Shown piece after piece: positions 33,651 to 42,220 of a stretch of DNA of 64,000 bases. The notes under the pieces were generated by a model. That model was not told where the DNA came from. It did not search any database and was given only the letters and a program-made list of their open reading frames with translations. The position numbers and the translations under genes are program-made. Position 1 is the stretch's first letter, and each line of letters starts with the position of its first letter. Source of the DNA: an uncultured bacterium (GTDB taxonomy: Bacteria; Omnitrophota; Gorgyraeia; Duberdicusellales; CBEUCJ01); the NCBI GenBank assembly GCA_965541615.1, contig CBEUCJ010000004.1:91071-155070 (forward strand). Reading direction: 5' to 3'.

Positions 33651-34339
33651 ACGTATTTGCATTGTTGCCTTCTTACAATGAAGAAAAAAATATAGGAAAA
33701 TTAGTTAGAGAATTAAGGAAAAAAGGTATAAATGTGTTAGTAATAGATGATGGTTCACAAGATAACACTTCTCAAATAGCAAAAAAGTGTGGAGCTTTAG
33801 TCTTAAGAAACGAAAAAAATTTAGGTAAAGGAGCAGCTTTAAAGAAAGGTTTTGAGTTTTTAAAAAAGAAAGATTTTGATGCTTTATTGATCTTAGATGC
33901 AGATGGTCAACATTCTCCAAAAGAAGTAGATAAATTTCTTACAGAGTTTGTAAAGAAAGGCTCTGATCTTATTATAGGAAATAGATTTTCTACTTCTCCA
34001 AAAGGTATGCCTTTGATAAGATACATTACTAATAAAGTTATGTCTTTTTTAATTTCATTTTTAGTTAAGAAGAAAATTAGAGACTCTCAATGTGGATTTA
34101 GATTAATGAGTAAGAGGTTTTTAGAAAAATTAGAATTGGAGACCGCTCATTTTGAAGTAGAATCAGAAATGATTTTTCAAGCTATATTAAAAGGATTCAA
34201 TATTTCAGAAGTCTGCATAGATAGTATCTATAGAAAAGAAAAATCAAAAATAAATCCTTTTTTAGATACTTTAAGATTTTTTAAATTCCTTTTTAAGTAT
34301 CTTCCAAAGATATGGAAAAAGAATTTAAAGAAGAGTTAG
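33647..34339 (+). CDS. Family 2 glycosyltransferase (polyprenyl-phosphate sugar transferase-like)
   Basis: GT2 motifs (LPSYNEEKNI, VIDDGSQDNT, DADGQH). The ATG at 33647 follows an AAGAGGA RBS and overlaps the upstream stop (ATGA). Confidence 0.75.
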   Translation: MNVFALLPSYNEEKNIGKLVRELRKKGINVLVIDDGSQDNTSQIAKKCGALVLRNEKNLGKGAALKKGFEFLKKKDFDALLILDADGQHSPKEVDKFLTEFVKKGSDLIIGNRFSTSPKGMPLIRYITNKVMSFLISFLVKKKIRDSQCGFRLMSKRFLEKLELETAHFEVESEMIFQAILKGFNISEVCIDSIYRKEKSKINPFLDTLRFFKFLFKYLPKIWKKNLKKS

Positions 34340-34962
34340 AGAAGATGATAGAGACTCAACTTGTAAAAAGAGGGATAACCAATGAAAGAGTATTAAATGC
34401 TATCAGAAAAACTCCTCGCCACCTCTTTGTCCCAGAAGATTCAAAACATTTAGCTTATGAAGACCATCCTTTATCCATTGGATATAATCAAACTATATCT
34501 CAACCCTATATAGTAGCATTAATGACTCAACTTTTAGACCCCAAAGATACTGACAAAGTTTTAGAGATAGGCACAGGTTCTGGTTGGCAGGCAGGTATTT
34601 TATCTTTTTTATGCAAAGAAGTTTATACTGTAGAAAGGATTCCAGAGTTAGCTGATTTTGCCAAGAATAATTTAGAAAAATTGAATATAAGAAACGTGCA
34701 TATATTTGTGAAAGACGGAACAAAAGGCTTAGAGGAGTTTTCCCCTTACGATAAGATAATAGTGACTTGTGCAGCTCCTCAAATTCCAAAAATACTTATT
34801 GAGCAATTAAAATTAAAAGGTAAAATGGTAATACCTGTGGGCAGTTTTTATTCTCAAGAGTTAATGTTAGTTAGAAAAATAGCTTCTGAAAAAGTAGAAA
34901 AAGAAGTAGTTTGTGGATGTGTATTTGTACCTATGATAGGTGAGTATGGTTTTAAAGAATGA
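34312..34962 (+). CDS. pcm: Protein-L-isoaspartate O-methyltransferase
   Basis: PCMT motifs (SQPYIVALM, LEIGTGSGWQA, TCAAPQIP). Confidence 0.88.
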   Translation: MEKEFKEELEKMIETQLVKRGITNERVLNAIRKTPRHLFVPEDSKHLAYEDHPLSIGYNQTISQPYIVALMTQLLDPKDTDKVLEIGTGSGWQAGILSFLCKEVYTVERIPELADFAKNNLEKLNIRNVHIFVKDGTKGLEEFSPYDKIIVTCAAPQIPKILIEQLKLKGKMVIPVGSFYSQELMLVRKIASEKVEKEVVCGCVFVPMIGEYGFKE

Positions 34963-35401
34963 GTTAATAGTCTTTTTATCTGCGAGTTTACCTGTCACTG
35001 AATTAAGAGGAGCTATTCCTTTGGGGTTATGTTTGGGATTGGGGCCTTTAAAGACTTTTTTTCTTTCAATATTAGGGAATACTTTGCCTGTCTTACCGCT
35101 ATTATATTTTTTTAAACCTTTGCATAGATTTTTTAAGAAAAATCCTTTAACCAGAAGAATATTCAATCTGATTTTAGAAAGGACTCATAAAAAAGCAAAG
35201 TTGATTGAAAAGTATGAACTATTAGGATTAATGTTACTGGTAGCAATACCCTTACCTGGGACAGGAGCTTGGACAGCAAGTATTGCAGCTTCTATATTTG
35301 GATTGAGAATAAAGTTAGCATTTATCTTTATACTTATAGGTATTTTTTTATCAGGAATAATCGTTTTATCTTTTAGTTTACCGATAACTATTATAAGATA
35401 A
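34946..35401 (+). CDS. Small integral membrane protein (putative small multidrug export, COG2426-like family)
   Basis: Four predicted TM helices and an ELRGAIPLG motif. ATG at 34946; the track start 34940 is a GTG. Confidence 0.5.
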   Translation: MVLKNELIVFLSASLPVTELRGAIPLGLCLGLGPLKTFFLSILGNTLPVLPLLYFFKPLHRFFKKNPLTRRIFNLILERTHKKAKLIEKYELLGLMLLVAIPLPGTGAWTASIAASIFGLRIKLAFIFILIGIFLSGIIVLSFSLPITIIR

Positions 35402-35403
35402 AA

Positions 35404-36579
35404 ATGGCAAAGTTTTTAGACTATAAGAAAGAATTAGAGACAGCTGCAAAGTCTACTATACTAATACATGATCCAAAAGTCCTTATAAAACTAATAATAA
35501 GGATGATAGTAAGAAAAATAGAAGTCCTACATGCAGGAATATTTTTGTATGATAGAAAAAAATCTCTCTATATACTTACTGCTTCTAAAGGTAAGAGTCA
35601 ATTAAAACTGCCTGCAGGTTTTTTATCTGTAAGAAAAACTTCACCTTTAATAAGATTTTTTGTAGAAGACAGATGGGATTTATGGGGTAAAAAAATATTA
35701 ATTTACAAGAATATAAAGAACGCTCTTAAAAGAACTCGTGTAAAAAAAGATCCAGAGATTTTTAATTTTTACAAAAGGTTAAAAGAGCTTTTAGAGATAT
35801 ACCAATCTACAGCTTGTATACCAAGTTTTTTTAGAAAAGAGTTGATAGCTCTTTTGATACTAGGAAAAAAATTAGATAACACTGAATTTACAGAAGAAGA
35901 ATTAGAGTTTTTGGAGGCTTTAGCTTCAGATGTAGCTATGAGTGTTAGAAATGCTCAGCTTTTTGAAGATTTATTATCTCAAGTAGAAAAACACAGAAAG
36001 TTATTTTACAGTGTAGTTCAAGCTTTAGTAGAAGCTATAGATGCCAAAGATAGATACACAAGAGGACATACTCAAAGAGTTACTCAAGTTTCTTTAAGGA
36101 TAGCAGAGGAATTATTAAAAGATAAAAGGAGAAAATTTTCTCCTAATTTTTTGGAGAATCTAAAGATAGCAGCTCTTTTGCATGATATAGGTAAAATCGG
36201 AATCTCAGAGAGTATACTCAATAAAAATGGAAAGTTAACATCTAAAGAGAGAGAAGAGATAGAAAAACATCCTAACATAGGAGCTTCAATATTAGAACCA
36301 ATAGAAGAGTTAAAAGAGGTAATAGAAGGAGTTAAATACCATCACGAAAGATACGATGGTAAAGGTTATCCTGAAAAGTTAAAAAGGAAAAAGATCCCTT
36401 TGATAGCAGCTATAATAAGCTGTGCAGATGCTTACGATGCTATGAGTACAGACAGACCTTACAGAAAAGCTCTAACTAAAGAAGAAATATGCAAAGAGTT
36501 TATCTTGCAAAAAGGAAAACAATTTCATCCTCAAATAGCAAATATAGTTGTGAGGTTAATTAAAAAGAATAAGATTTAA
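35404..36579 (+). CDS. HD-GYP domain c-di-GMP phosphodiesterase with an N-terminal GAF-like sensory domain
   Basis: HD..LHDIGK..HHERYDGKGYP contains the GYP motif. Confidence 0.85.
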   Translation: MAKFLDYKKELETAAKSTILIHDPKVLIKLIIRMIVRKIEVLHAGIFLYDRKKSLYILTASKGKSQLKLPAGFLSVRKTSPLIRFFVEDRWDLWGKKILIYKNIKNALKRTRVKKDPEIFNFYKRLKELLEIYQSTACIPSFFRKELIALLILGKKLDNTEFTEEELEFLEALASDVAMSVRNAQLFEDLLSQVEKHRKLFYSVVQALVEAIDAKDRYTRGHTQRVTQVSLRIAEELLKDKRRKFSPNFLENLKIAALLHDIGKIGISESILNKNGKLTSKEREEIEKHPNIGASILEPIEELKEVIEGVKYHHERYDGKGYPEKLKRKKIPLIAAIISCADAYDAMSTDRPYRKALTKEEICKEFILQKGKQFHPQIANIVVRLIKKNKI

Positions 36580-36582
36580 GCA

Positions 36583-38010
36583 ATGCAGGATGTGTTTAAA
36601 ATAAGAAAAGATAAATTAGAAAAATTAAAAGAGAAAAATTTAGATCCTTTTAAGATAAATAGATTTTGCAAAACTCAGATTTCTAAAATAAAAGAGGAAT
36701 TTATAGAAGGTAAATTAGTAAAGACTGCAGGCAGAATCCTTTCTCAAAGGTTGCACGGTAAGAGTTGCTTTATAGACATAAAAGATTTTACAGATAAGAT
36801 TCAAGTTTACGCTAGAAAAGATATTTTAAAAGAAAGATATGAAGATTTTTTAGACTTAGATATAGGAGATATTGTAGGCATAGAAGGAGAACTTTTTAAG
36901 ACAAGAACAGGTGAAGTAACCATCAATGTTAAAGATTTTGTTCTTTTATCAAAATCTTTGAGAGTTTTACCTGAAAAATGGCATGGGTTAAAAGATACAG
37001 AACTAAGGTTTAGGTACAGATATTTAGATTTGATATCTAATCCTAAAACAAAAGAGATTTTTTTAATGAGGACAAAGATTTTAGATTTTATAAGAAACTT
37101 TTTAAAAGAGAAAGGTTTTATAGAAGTTGAGACTCCTATTTTACAGATCCTACCAGGAGGAGCAGCAGGTTCACCTTTTAAAACTCACCATAAAGTTTTA
37201 GATTTAGACCTCTACTTAAGGATAGCTCCAGAGTTATACTTAAAAAGATTACTTGTAGGTGGTTTTGAGAGAGTATTTGAAATAGGAAGGAATTTTAGAA
37301 ATGAAGGAATATCTACTAAACACAATCCTGAATTTACAATGTTAGAAGCTTATGCAGCTTATACAGACTATGAGTTTATGATGGATTTATGTGAGGAGTT
37401 ATTTTCAAGTATGGCAAAAGAATTTTTCAAAAAAGAAGAGATTACATTTGCACACAAGAAAATAGATTTAAAGAGACCTTGGAAAAGGATTTCATTTGCT
37501 AAGATTTTGGAAGAAAAATTAGGAGTTTTACCTACTGATTCTGAAAAAGAAATTTCAGAGAAGATTTTGAGATATAAAGATTTAAACTCTCAAAAGCTGA
37601 GTAGATCTCAAATAACAAAATTATGTGAAGAAATAGTAGAATCTGAATGCAAATCTCAGCCTGTTTTTATCACAGATTACTTTTCTTTCATGAGTCCTTT
37701 AGCAAAACCTAAAGCTGAAAATCCTAATATAGCTGAAAGATTTGAGTTGTTCATTGGAGGTTTAGAGATAGGAAATGCTTACACAGAATTAAATGATCCC
37801 TTTTTGCAAAGAAAAAAATTTGAGGAACAATTAGAAGATGAAGATGCAGATCTAAAGAAAATAGATGAAGATTTTTTAACAGCTTTAGAATATGGAATGC
37901 CTCCTGCTTCAGGTTTGGGTTTAGGGATAGATAGAATCTGTATGCTCTTTACAGATACTACCTCCATAAGAGAAGTTATTCTTTTTCCTCTTCTTAAGCC
38001 TTCACAATGA
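36583..38010 (+). CDS. lysS: Lysyl-tRNA synthetase, class II
   Basis: N-terminal OB domain and class II motifs (FRNEG, GLGIDR). Confidence 0.93.
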   Translation: MQDVFKIRKDKLEKLKEKNLDPFKINRFCKTQISKIKEEFIEGKLVKTAGRILSQRLHGKSCFIDIKDFTDKIQVYARKDILKERYEDFLDLDIGDIVGIEGELFKTRTGEVTINVKDFVLLSKSLRVLPEKWHGLKDTELRFRYRYLDLISNPKTKEIFLMRTKILDFIRNFLKEKGFIEVETPILQILPGGAAGSPFKTHHKVLDLDLYLRIAPELYLKRLLVGGFERVFEIGRNFRNEGISTKHNPEFTMLEAYAAYTDYEFMMDLCEELFSSMAKEFFKKEEITFAHKKIDLKRPWKRISFAKILEEKLGVLPTDSEKEISEKILRYKDLNSQKLSRSQITKLCEEIVESECKSQPVFITDYFSFMSPLAKPKAENPNIAERFELFIGGLEIGNAYTELNDPFLQRKKFEEQLEDEDADLKKIDEDFLTALEYGMPPASGLGLGIDRICMLFTDTTSIREVILFPLLKPSQ

Positions 38011-39158
38011 GATTAGGATTTTTTTTAATAAAAAGAATAATCTTACCAAAAAGAAAAGAAGGTTTTGTGTTTTTAATGAGCATAGTTTCAATTATAGGAA
38101 TATTTATTGGTACAGCTTCTTTAATTACAGTCTTAGGGGTTATGACAGGTTTTGATGAAAAGATAACTCAAAGGATTTTAAACTCAGATTTTCATTTGAC
38201 TATTTTAGTTCCTCAATTAAAAGAAGCTCAAGCTTTAAAGAAAAAAATAGGTTCTATAAAAGAGATAAAAAACTCAACTTTATTTTTAGATGCCTATGCT
38301 ATTTTAAATATAGAGAATAGATTTATACCTATTTTTTTGAGAGGTATAGAAAGAAGTTATTTTTCCAATTTTAAAGAATTTTTAAGAAAAGGAAAAGTTA
38401 ACTTAAATAAAGATGAAGTTTTAATAGGAAAAGTACTTGCACAAAAGTTTTTTTTAAGACCAGGAGAAAAGATAACTATAATAGATTTTGAAGGTAAGTC
38501 TCATATATTGAAAGTAGGAGGAGTAATTGAGACTGGCTTTTATGAATTTGATTTTAGAGGAGTCTTAGTACCTTTAGAGATAATTTTAAACAAAGGAGAC
38601 GAAATTTCAGGAATAGGAGTAAGATTAAAAGACATAAAAATGACTGATATTGTAAAAAAGAAAATTTTAAAAAGAACCTTTTGGCAGATTTTGACCTGGA
38701 AGGAAAAAAATAAAAGTCTCTATTCAGCTTTAAAGCTCGAAAAAATAATTATGTTTATATTATTAAGCTTAATTATTTTGGTGGCAAGTTTTAATATTTT
38801 TTCTCTGTTGTTGGTAAAAGTAACCTACAAGACAAAAGAGATTGGAATTTTGAAATCTTTAGGATTGCAGGACTTAGCAATTTTAAAAATATTTTGTATA
38901 GGAGGTTTAATCTTAGGAATTATAGGAGGAATTTTAGGGATAGGAACAGGTTTAGGGATTTGCGTTTTATTAGAGAAATATCACTTAATAAGCCTTCCTC
39001 CAGATGTATACACTATAGACTATCTTCCAGCAAAAGTGAGATTTGGAGATTTAGTAGCTGTATTTCTATGTGTAGGATTTTTGAGTGTATTTTCTTCATT
39101 CTTTGCAGCTTTGAAGGCTTCCAAAATTAATCCTTCTTTAGCTTTAAGATATGAGTGA
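38007..39158 (+). CDS. ABC transporter permease, FtsX/LolC/LolE family
   Basis: N-terminal TM helix, periplasmic domain and C-terminal 3-TM FtsX domain. Paired with the downstream ATPase. Confidence 0.75.
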   Translation: MRLGFFLIKRIILPKRKEGFVFLMSIVSIIGIFIGTASLITVLGVMTGFDEKITQRILNSDFHLTILVPQLKEAQALKKKIGSIKEIKNSTLFLDAYAILNIENRFIPIFLRGIERSYFSNFKEFLRKGKVNLNKDEVLIGKVLAQKFFLRPGEKITIIDFEGKSHILKVGGVIETGFYEFDFRGVLVPLEIILNKGDEISGIGVRLKDIKMTDIVKKKILKRTFWQILTWKEKNKSLYSALKLEKIIMFILLSLIILVASFNIFSLLLVKVTYKTKEIGILKSLGLQDLAILKIFCIGGLILGIIGGILGIGTGLGICVLLEKYHLISLPPDVYTIDYLPAKVRFGDLVAVFLCVGFLSVFSSFFAALKASKINPSLALRYE

Positions 39159-39831
39159 GATAGAGGCTTTAAATATTAAAAAGTCTTTTTATATAGATGG
39201 AAAAGAAATAGAGGTTTTAAAAGGAATAAATTTAAAAATACCCAAAGGGAAAATAACTCTTATCTGGGGACCATCAGGAGCTGGAAAGACCACACTTTTA
39301 CATATTTTAGGAACTTTAGACACTCCTACACAAGGTAAAGTCATCTGGGAAGGAAAAGATCTTTCAGAATTAAAAGAGTCAGAGATACTAAAATTGAGAA
39401 GAGAAAAGATAGGTTTTGTATTTCAATTCTTTAATCTACTGCAAGATTTAACTTGTTATGAAAATGTAATTTTACCTTTATTAATAAAAAGGTTGAAAAT
39501 TAAAGAATTTCAAGGTAAGATAGAAAGAATTTTGAGAGAGTTGGATATTTATAAAAGAAAAGATCATTTCCCTTCACAACTTTCAGGAGGGGAACAACAA
39601 AGAGTGTGTATTGCAAGGAGTTTAGTTAGTGACCCTGAGTATATTTTTTGTGATGAGCCTACAGGAAGTTTAGATTCTATAAATTCAAAGAAGATAATAG
39701 AGATTTTATTAAATTTAAATAAGAGATATAAAAAAACAATAATATTGGTCACTCACCAAAGAGAGTTGACAGAAATAGCAGATAACTCATATTATTTATA
39801 TGATGGAATTTTAAGAAAGGAGGAGAAATGA
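39151..39831 (+). CDS. ABC transporter ATP-binding protein, LolD/MacB-type
   Basis: Walker A GPSGAGKTT, signature LSGGEQQR, Walker B IFCDEPT. Confidence 0.85.
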   Translation: MSEIEALNIKKSFYIDGKEIEVLKGINLKIPKGKITLIWGPSGAGKTTLLHILGTLDTPTQGKVIWEGKDLSELKESEILKLRREKIGFVFQFFNLLQDLTCYENVILPLLIKRLKIKEFQGKIERILRELDIYKRKDHFPSQLSGGEQQRVCIARSLVSDPEYIFCDEPTGSLDSINSKKIIEILLNLNKRYKKTIILVTHQRELTEIADNSYYLYDGILRKEEK

Positions 39832-40694
39832 AAATATGGATTAATGGCAGTTTATATGAGAAAGATGAAGCTAAAATCAGTGTTTTAGATCATGGATTTT
39901 TATATGGAGATGGTGTTTTTGAAGGAATAAGAGCTTATAACAGAGTAATCTTTAAGTTAGATGAACATTTAGATAGGTTATATAAGAACGCACATGTTAT
40001 CCTTTTGAAAGTTCCTTTAAAAAAAGAAGAGTTAAAAAAGGCAATTATAACTACCCTAAAAGCAAATAGATTAAAAGATGCTTACATAAGAGTAGTAGTT
40101 ACTAGAGGAGAAGGTGATTTAGGTTTAGATCCAAGAAAATGCAAAGATCCAAATGTAGTTATAATCACAGATAAAATAGTTTTGTATCCAGAGAAAATAT
40201 ATAAAGAAGGTTTAGAGATAATTACTGTGCCTACAAGAAGAAACTTATGTGAAGCTTTAAATCCAAATATTAAGTCTTTAAACTATTTGAATAATATATT
40301 AGCAAAAATTGAAGCTATAAATTGTGGGTACCAAGAGGCAATTATGCTTAACCAGCAAGGATTTGTGGCTGAATGCACAGGTGATAATATTTTTATAGTA
40401 AAAGATAATACTTTGGTTACTCCCCCTTCTTATTTAGGAGTTCTAAAAGGGATAACTGCTCAGACTGTAAAGGAATTAGCTAAAAAAATAAAAGTAAGTT
40501 ATTCAGAAGAAGTTTTTACAAGGTATGAACTCTATACAGCTCAGGAAGTATTTTTAACAGGGACAGCAGCTGAGATCGTCCCTGTAGTAAAAATAGATGG
40601 AAGAATAATAGGAGATGGCAAACCTGGTAAAGTTACTTTAAAGTTAATTAAAGAATTTCGTAAAATAGTAGAAAAAGAAGGGGTCAGATACTAA
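39828..40694 (+). CDS. ilvE: Branched-chain amino acid aminotransferase (fold-type IV PLP enzyme)
   Basis: Class IV AT pattern (GFLYGDGVFEGIRAY, EAIMLN..G.V.E). Confidence 0.85.
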   Translation: MKIWINGSLYEKDEAKISVLDHGFLYGDGVFEGIRAYNRVIFKLDEHLDRLYKNAHVILLKVPLKKEELKKAIITTLKANRLKDAYIRVVVTRGEGDLGLDPRKCKDPNVVIITDKIVLYPEKIYKEGLEIITVPTRRNLCEALNPNIKSLNYLNNILAKIEAINCGYQEAIMLNQQGFVAECTGDNIFIVKDNTLVTPPSYLGVLKGITAQTVKELAKKIKVSYSEEVFTRYELYTAQEVFLTGTAAEIVPVVKIDGRIIGDGKPGKVTLKLIKEFRKIVEKEGVRY

Positions 40695-41188
40695 TGCTTT
40701 GTGATATATGTGGTAAAAAAATAGCTACTGTTCATCTTACAGAGATTATAAATGGAGAAGTAAGAGAGCTCCATTTATGTGAAGATTGTGCTTTAAAAAA
40801 ATCCCAAGAAGTTCAACAACAGTTTTCTTTAGGAGATATATTAGCAGGTTTAGTAGAAGAGATAACTACACCTGAAGCAAGAGAGATTTTAAAATGCAAA
40901 AAATGTCAAATGACTTATCAGGAATTTAAAAAGATTGGGAGGTTAGGTTGTAGTAACTGTTATTTAGCTTTTAAAAAACAACTTTCACAACTTCTAAGAG
41001 CAATACATGGTTCAAATGCTCATCAGGGCAAAGTTCCTCCTACAAAGTTTAAGTTAAAAATAGATATAGAAATAGAAGAGTTAAAAAAAAGATTGAAAAG
41101 AGCAATAGAATTAGAAGAATTTGAAGAGGCAGCTAAAATAAGAGATAAGATAAAGGAGTTGGAAAAAAAGAAAAATGAATCTCAATGA
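40694..41188 (+). CDS. mcsA: McsA-like protein arginine kinase activator (two CxxC zinc fingers plus a UVR motif)
   Basis: CDICG...CEDC and CKKCQ...CSNC, then a C-terminal UvrB/C-like EEFEEAAKIRDKIKELE. Directly upstream of mcsB. Confidence 0.8.
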   Translation: MLCDICGKKIATVHLTEIINGEVRELHLCEDCALKKSQEVQQQFSLGDILAGLVEEITTPEAREILKCKKCQMTYQEFKKIGRLGCSNCYLAFKKQLSQLLRAIHGSNAHQGKVPPTKFKLKIDIEIEELKKRLKRAIELEEFEEAAKIRDKIKELEKKKNESQ

Positions 41189-42218
41189 TTTTTTAAAAAA
41201 GCCTCCTTGTTGGCTTAAAGAGAGTTCAGAATCTCAAAATATAGTAATATCTTCTAGAATAAGGATCGCCAGAAATTTAACAGATATTCCTTTCCCTCAC
41301 CGCGCTTCTTTAGCTCAAAAAGAAGAGATAATAAGAAGATTTTTAGAAGCAAAAGACAATGTAGAAAGATTTAAAGAAAGCGTATTTTTTAGAATCGATG
41401 AACTTTCTCATGTCGATAAACAGTTTTTGATCGAAAGGCATTTAATAAGTCCAGATTTAGCTCAGAATTCAAAAGGAGCAGCTTTACTAGTGACTTGTGA
41501 TGAATTAATTTCAGTAATGGTAAATGAAGAGGATCATTTTAGAATACAGATACTAAGTGCAGGAGCTCAATTAAAGAATTTATGGTATCAGTTAAACAGT
41601 ATAGATGATAAATTATCTGAAAAGTTAAATTTTGCTTTTTCTAAAGAATGGGGATATCTTACAGCTTGCCCTACAAATGTAGGAACAGGTTTAAGAGGCT
41701 CAGTTATGCTACATTTACCAGGATTGGTGTTATTAAAAAGGATAAATAAGGTTCTGCATGCTATCTCTAAATTGAGTTTTAATACAAGAGGTTTATTCGG
41801 TGAAGGCACTCAAGCTATAGGAAATCTATTTCAGATTTCTAACCAAATAAGCTTAGGACAGAGTGAGTCTGATATCTTAGATAATATTGAAGGAGTAATA
41901 AAACAAGTTACTGAGCAAGAGTTATCTGCAAGAGAACACTTATTAAAGACTCAAAGGATGTTTATAGAGGATAAAGTATGGAGAGCGTATGGAATTCTTA
42001 AAAATTCTAGAATAATAAATTCTCAAGAGGCTTTAGAATTGTTTTCTATGTTGAGATTAGGGTTAGATTTAGGTATAATAGAAAAAGTTAGTTACGCAGA
42101 TTTAAATGAATTGTTTTTAATTATACAGCCTGCTCACTTGCAAAAGAAAGAAGGAAGGATTTTGAGTGCTCAAGAGAGAGATATAAAAAGAGCAGAGTTA
42201 ATAAGGAGAAAGCTTTAG
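41175..42218 (+). CDS. mcsB: Protein arginine kinase McsB (ATP:guanido phosphotransferase family)
   Basis: Phosphagen-kinase catalytic motif [10 protein letters not shown](G/A)S. Confidence 0.88.
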   Translation: MNLNDFLKKPPCWLKESSESQNIVISSRIRIARNLTDIPFPHRASLAQKEEIIRRFLEAKDNVERFKESVFFRIDELSHVDKQFLIERHLISPDLAQNSKGAALLVTCDELISVMVNEEDHFRIQILSAGAQLKNLWYQLNSIDDKLSEKLNFAFSKEWGYLTACPTNVGTGLRGSVMLHLPGLVLLKRINKVLHAISKLSFNTRGLFGEGTQAIGNLFQISNQISLGQSESDILDNIEGVIKQVTEQELSAREHLLKTQRMFIEDKVWRAYGILKNSRIINSQEALELFSMLRLGLDLGIIEKVSYADLNELFLIIQPAHLQKKEGRILSAQERDIKRAELIRRKL

Positions 42219-42220
42219 AA

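Noticed and set aside
40600-40700. CtsR operator (tandem heptad GGTCAAA-like repeats) upstream of mcsA.
   Set aside because: mcsA overlaps the upstream ilvE stop. There is no intergenic DNA here and no such direct repeat was seen in the ilvE 3' end.
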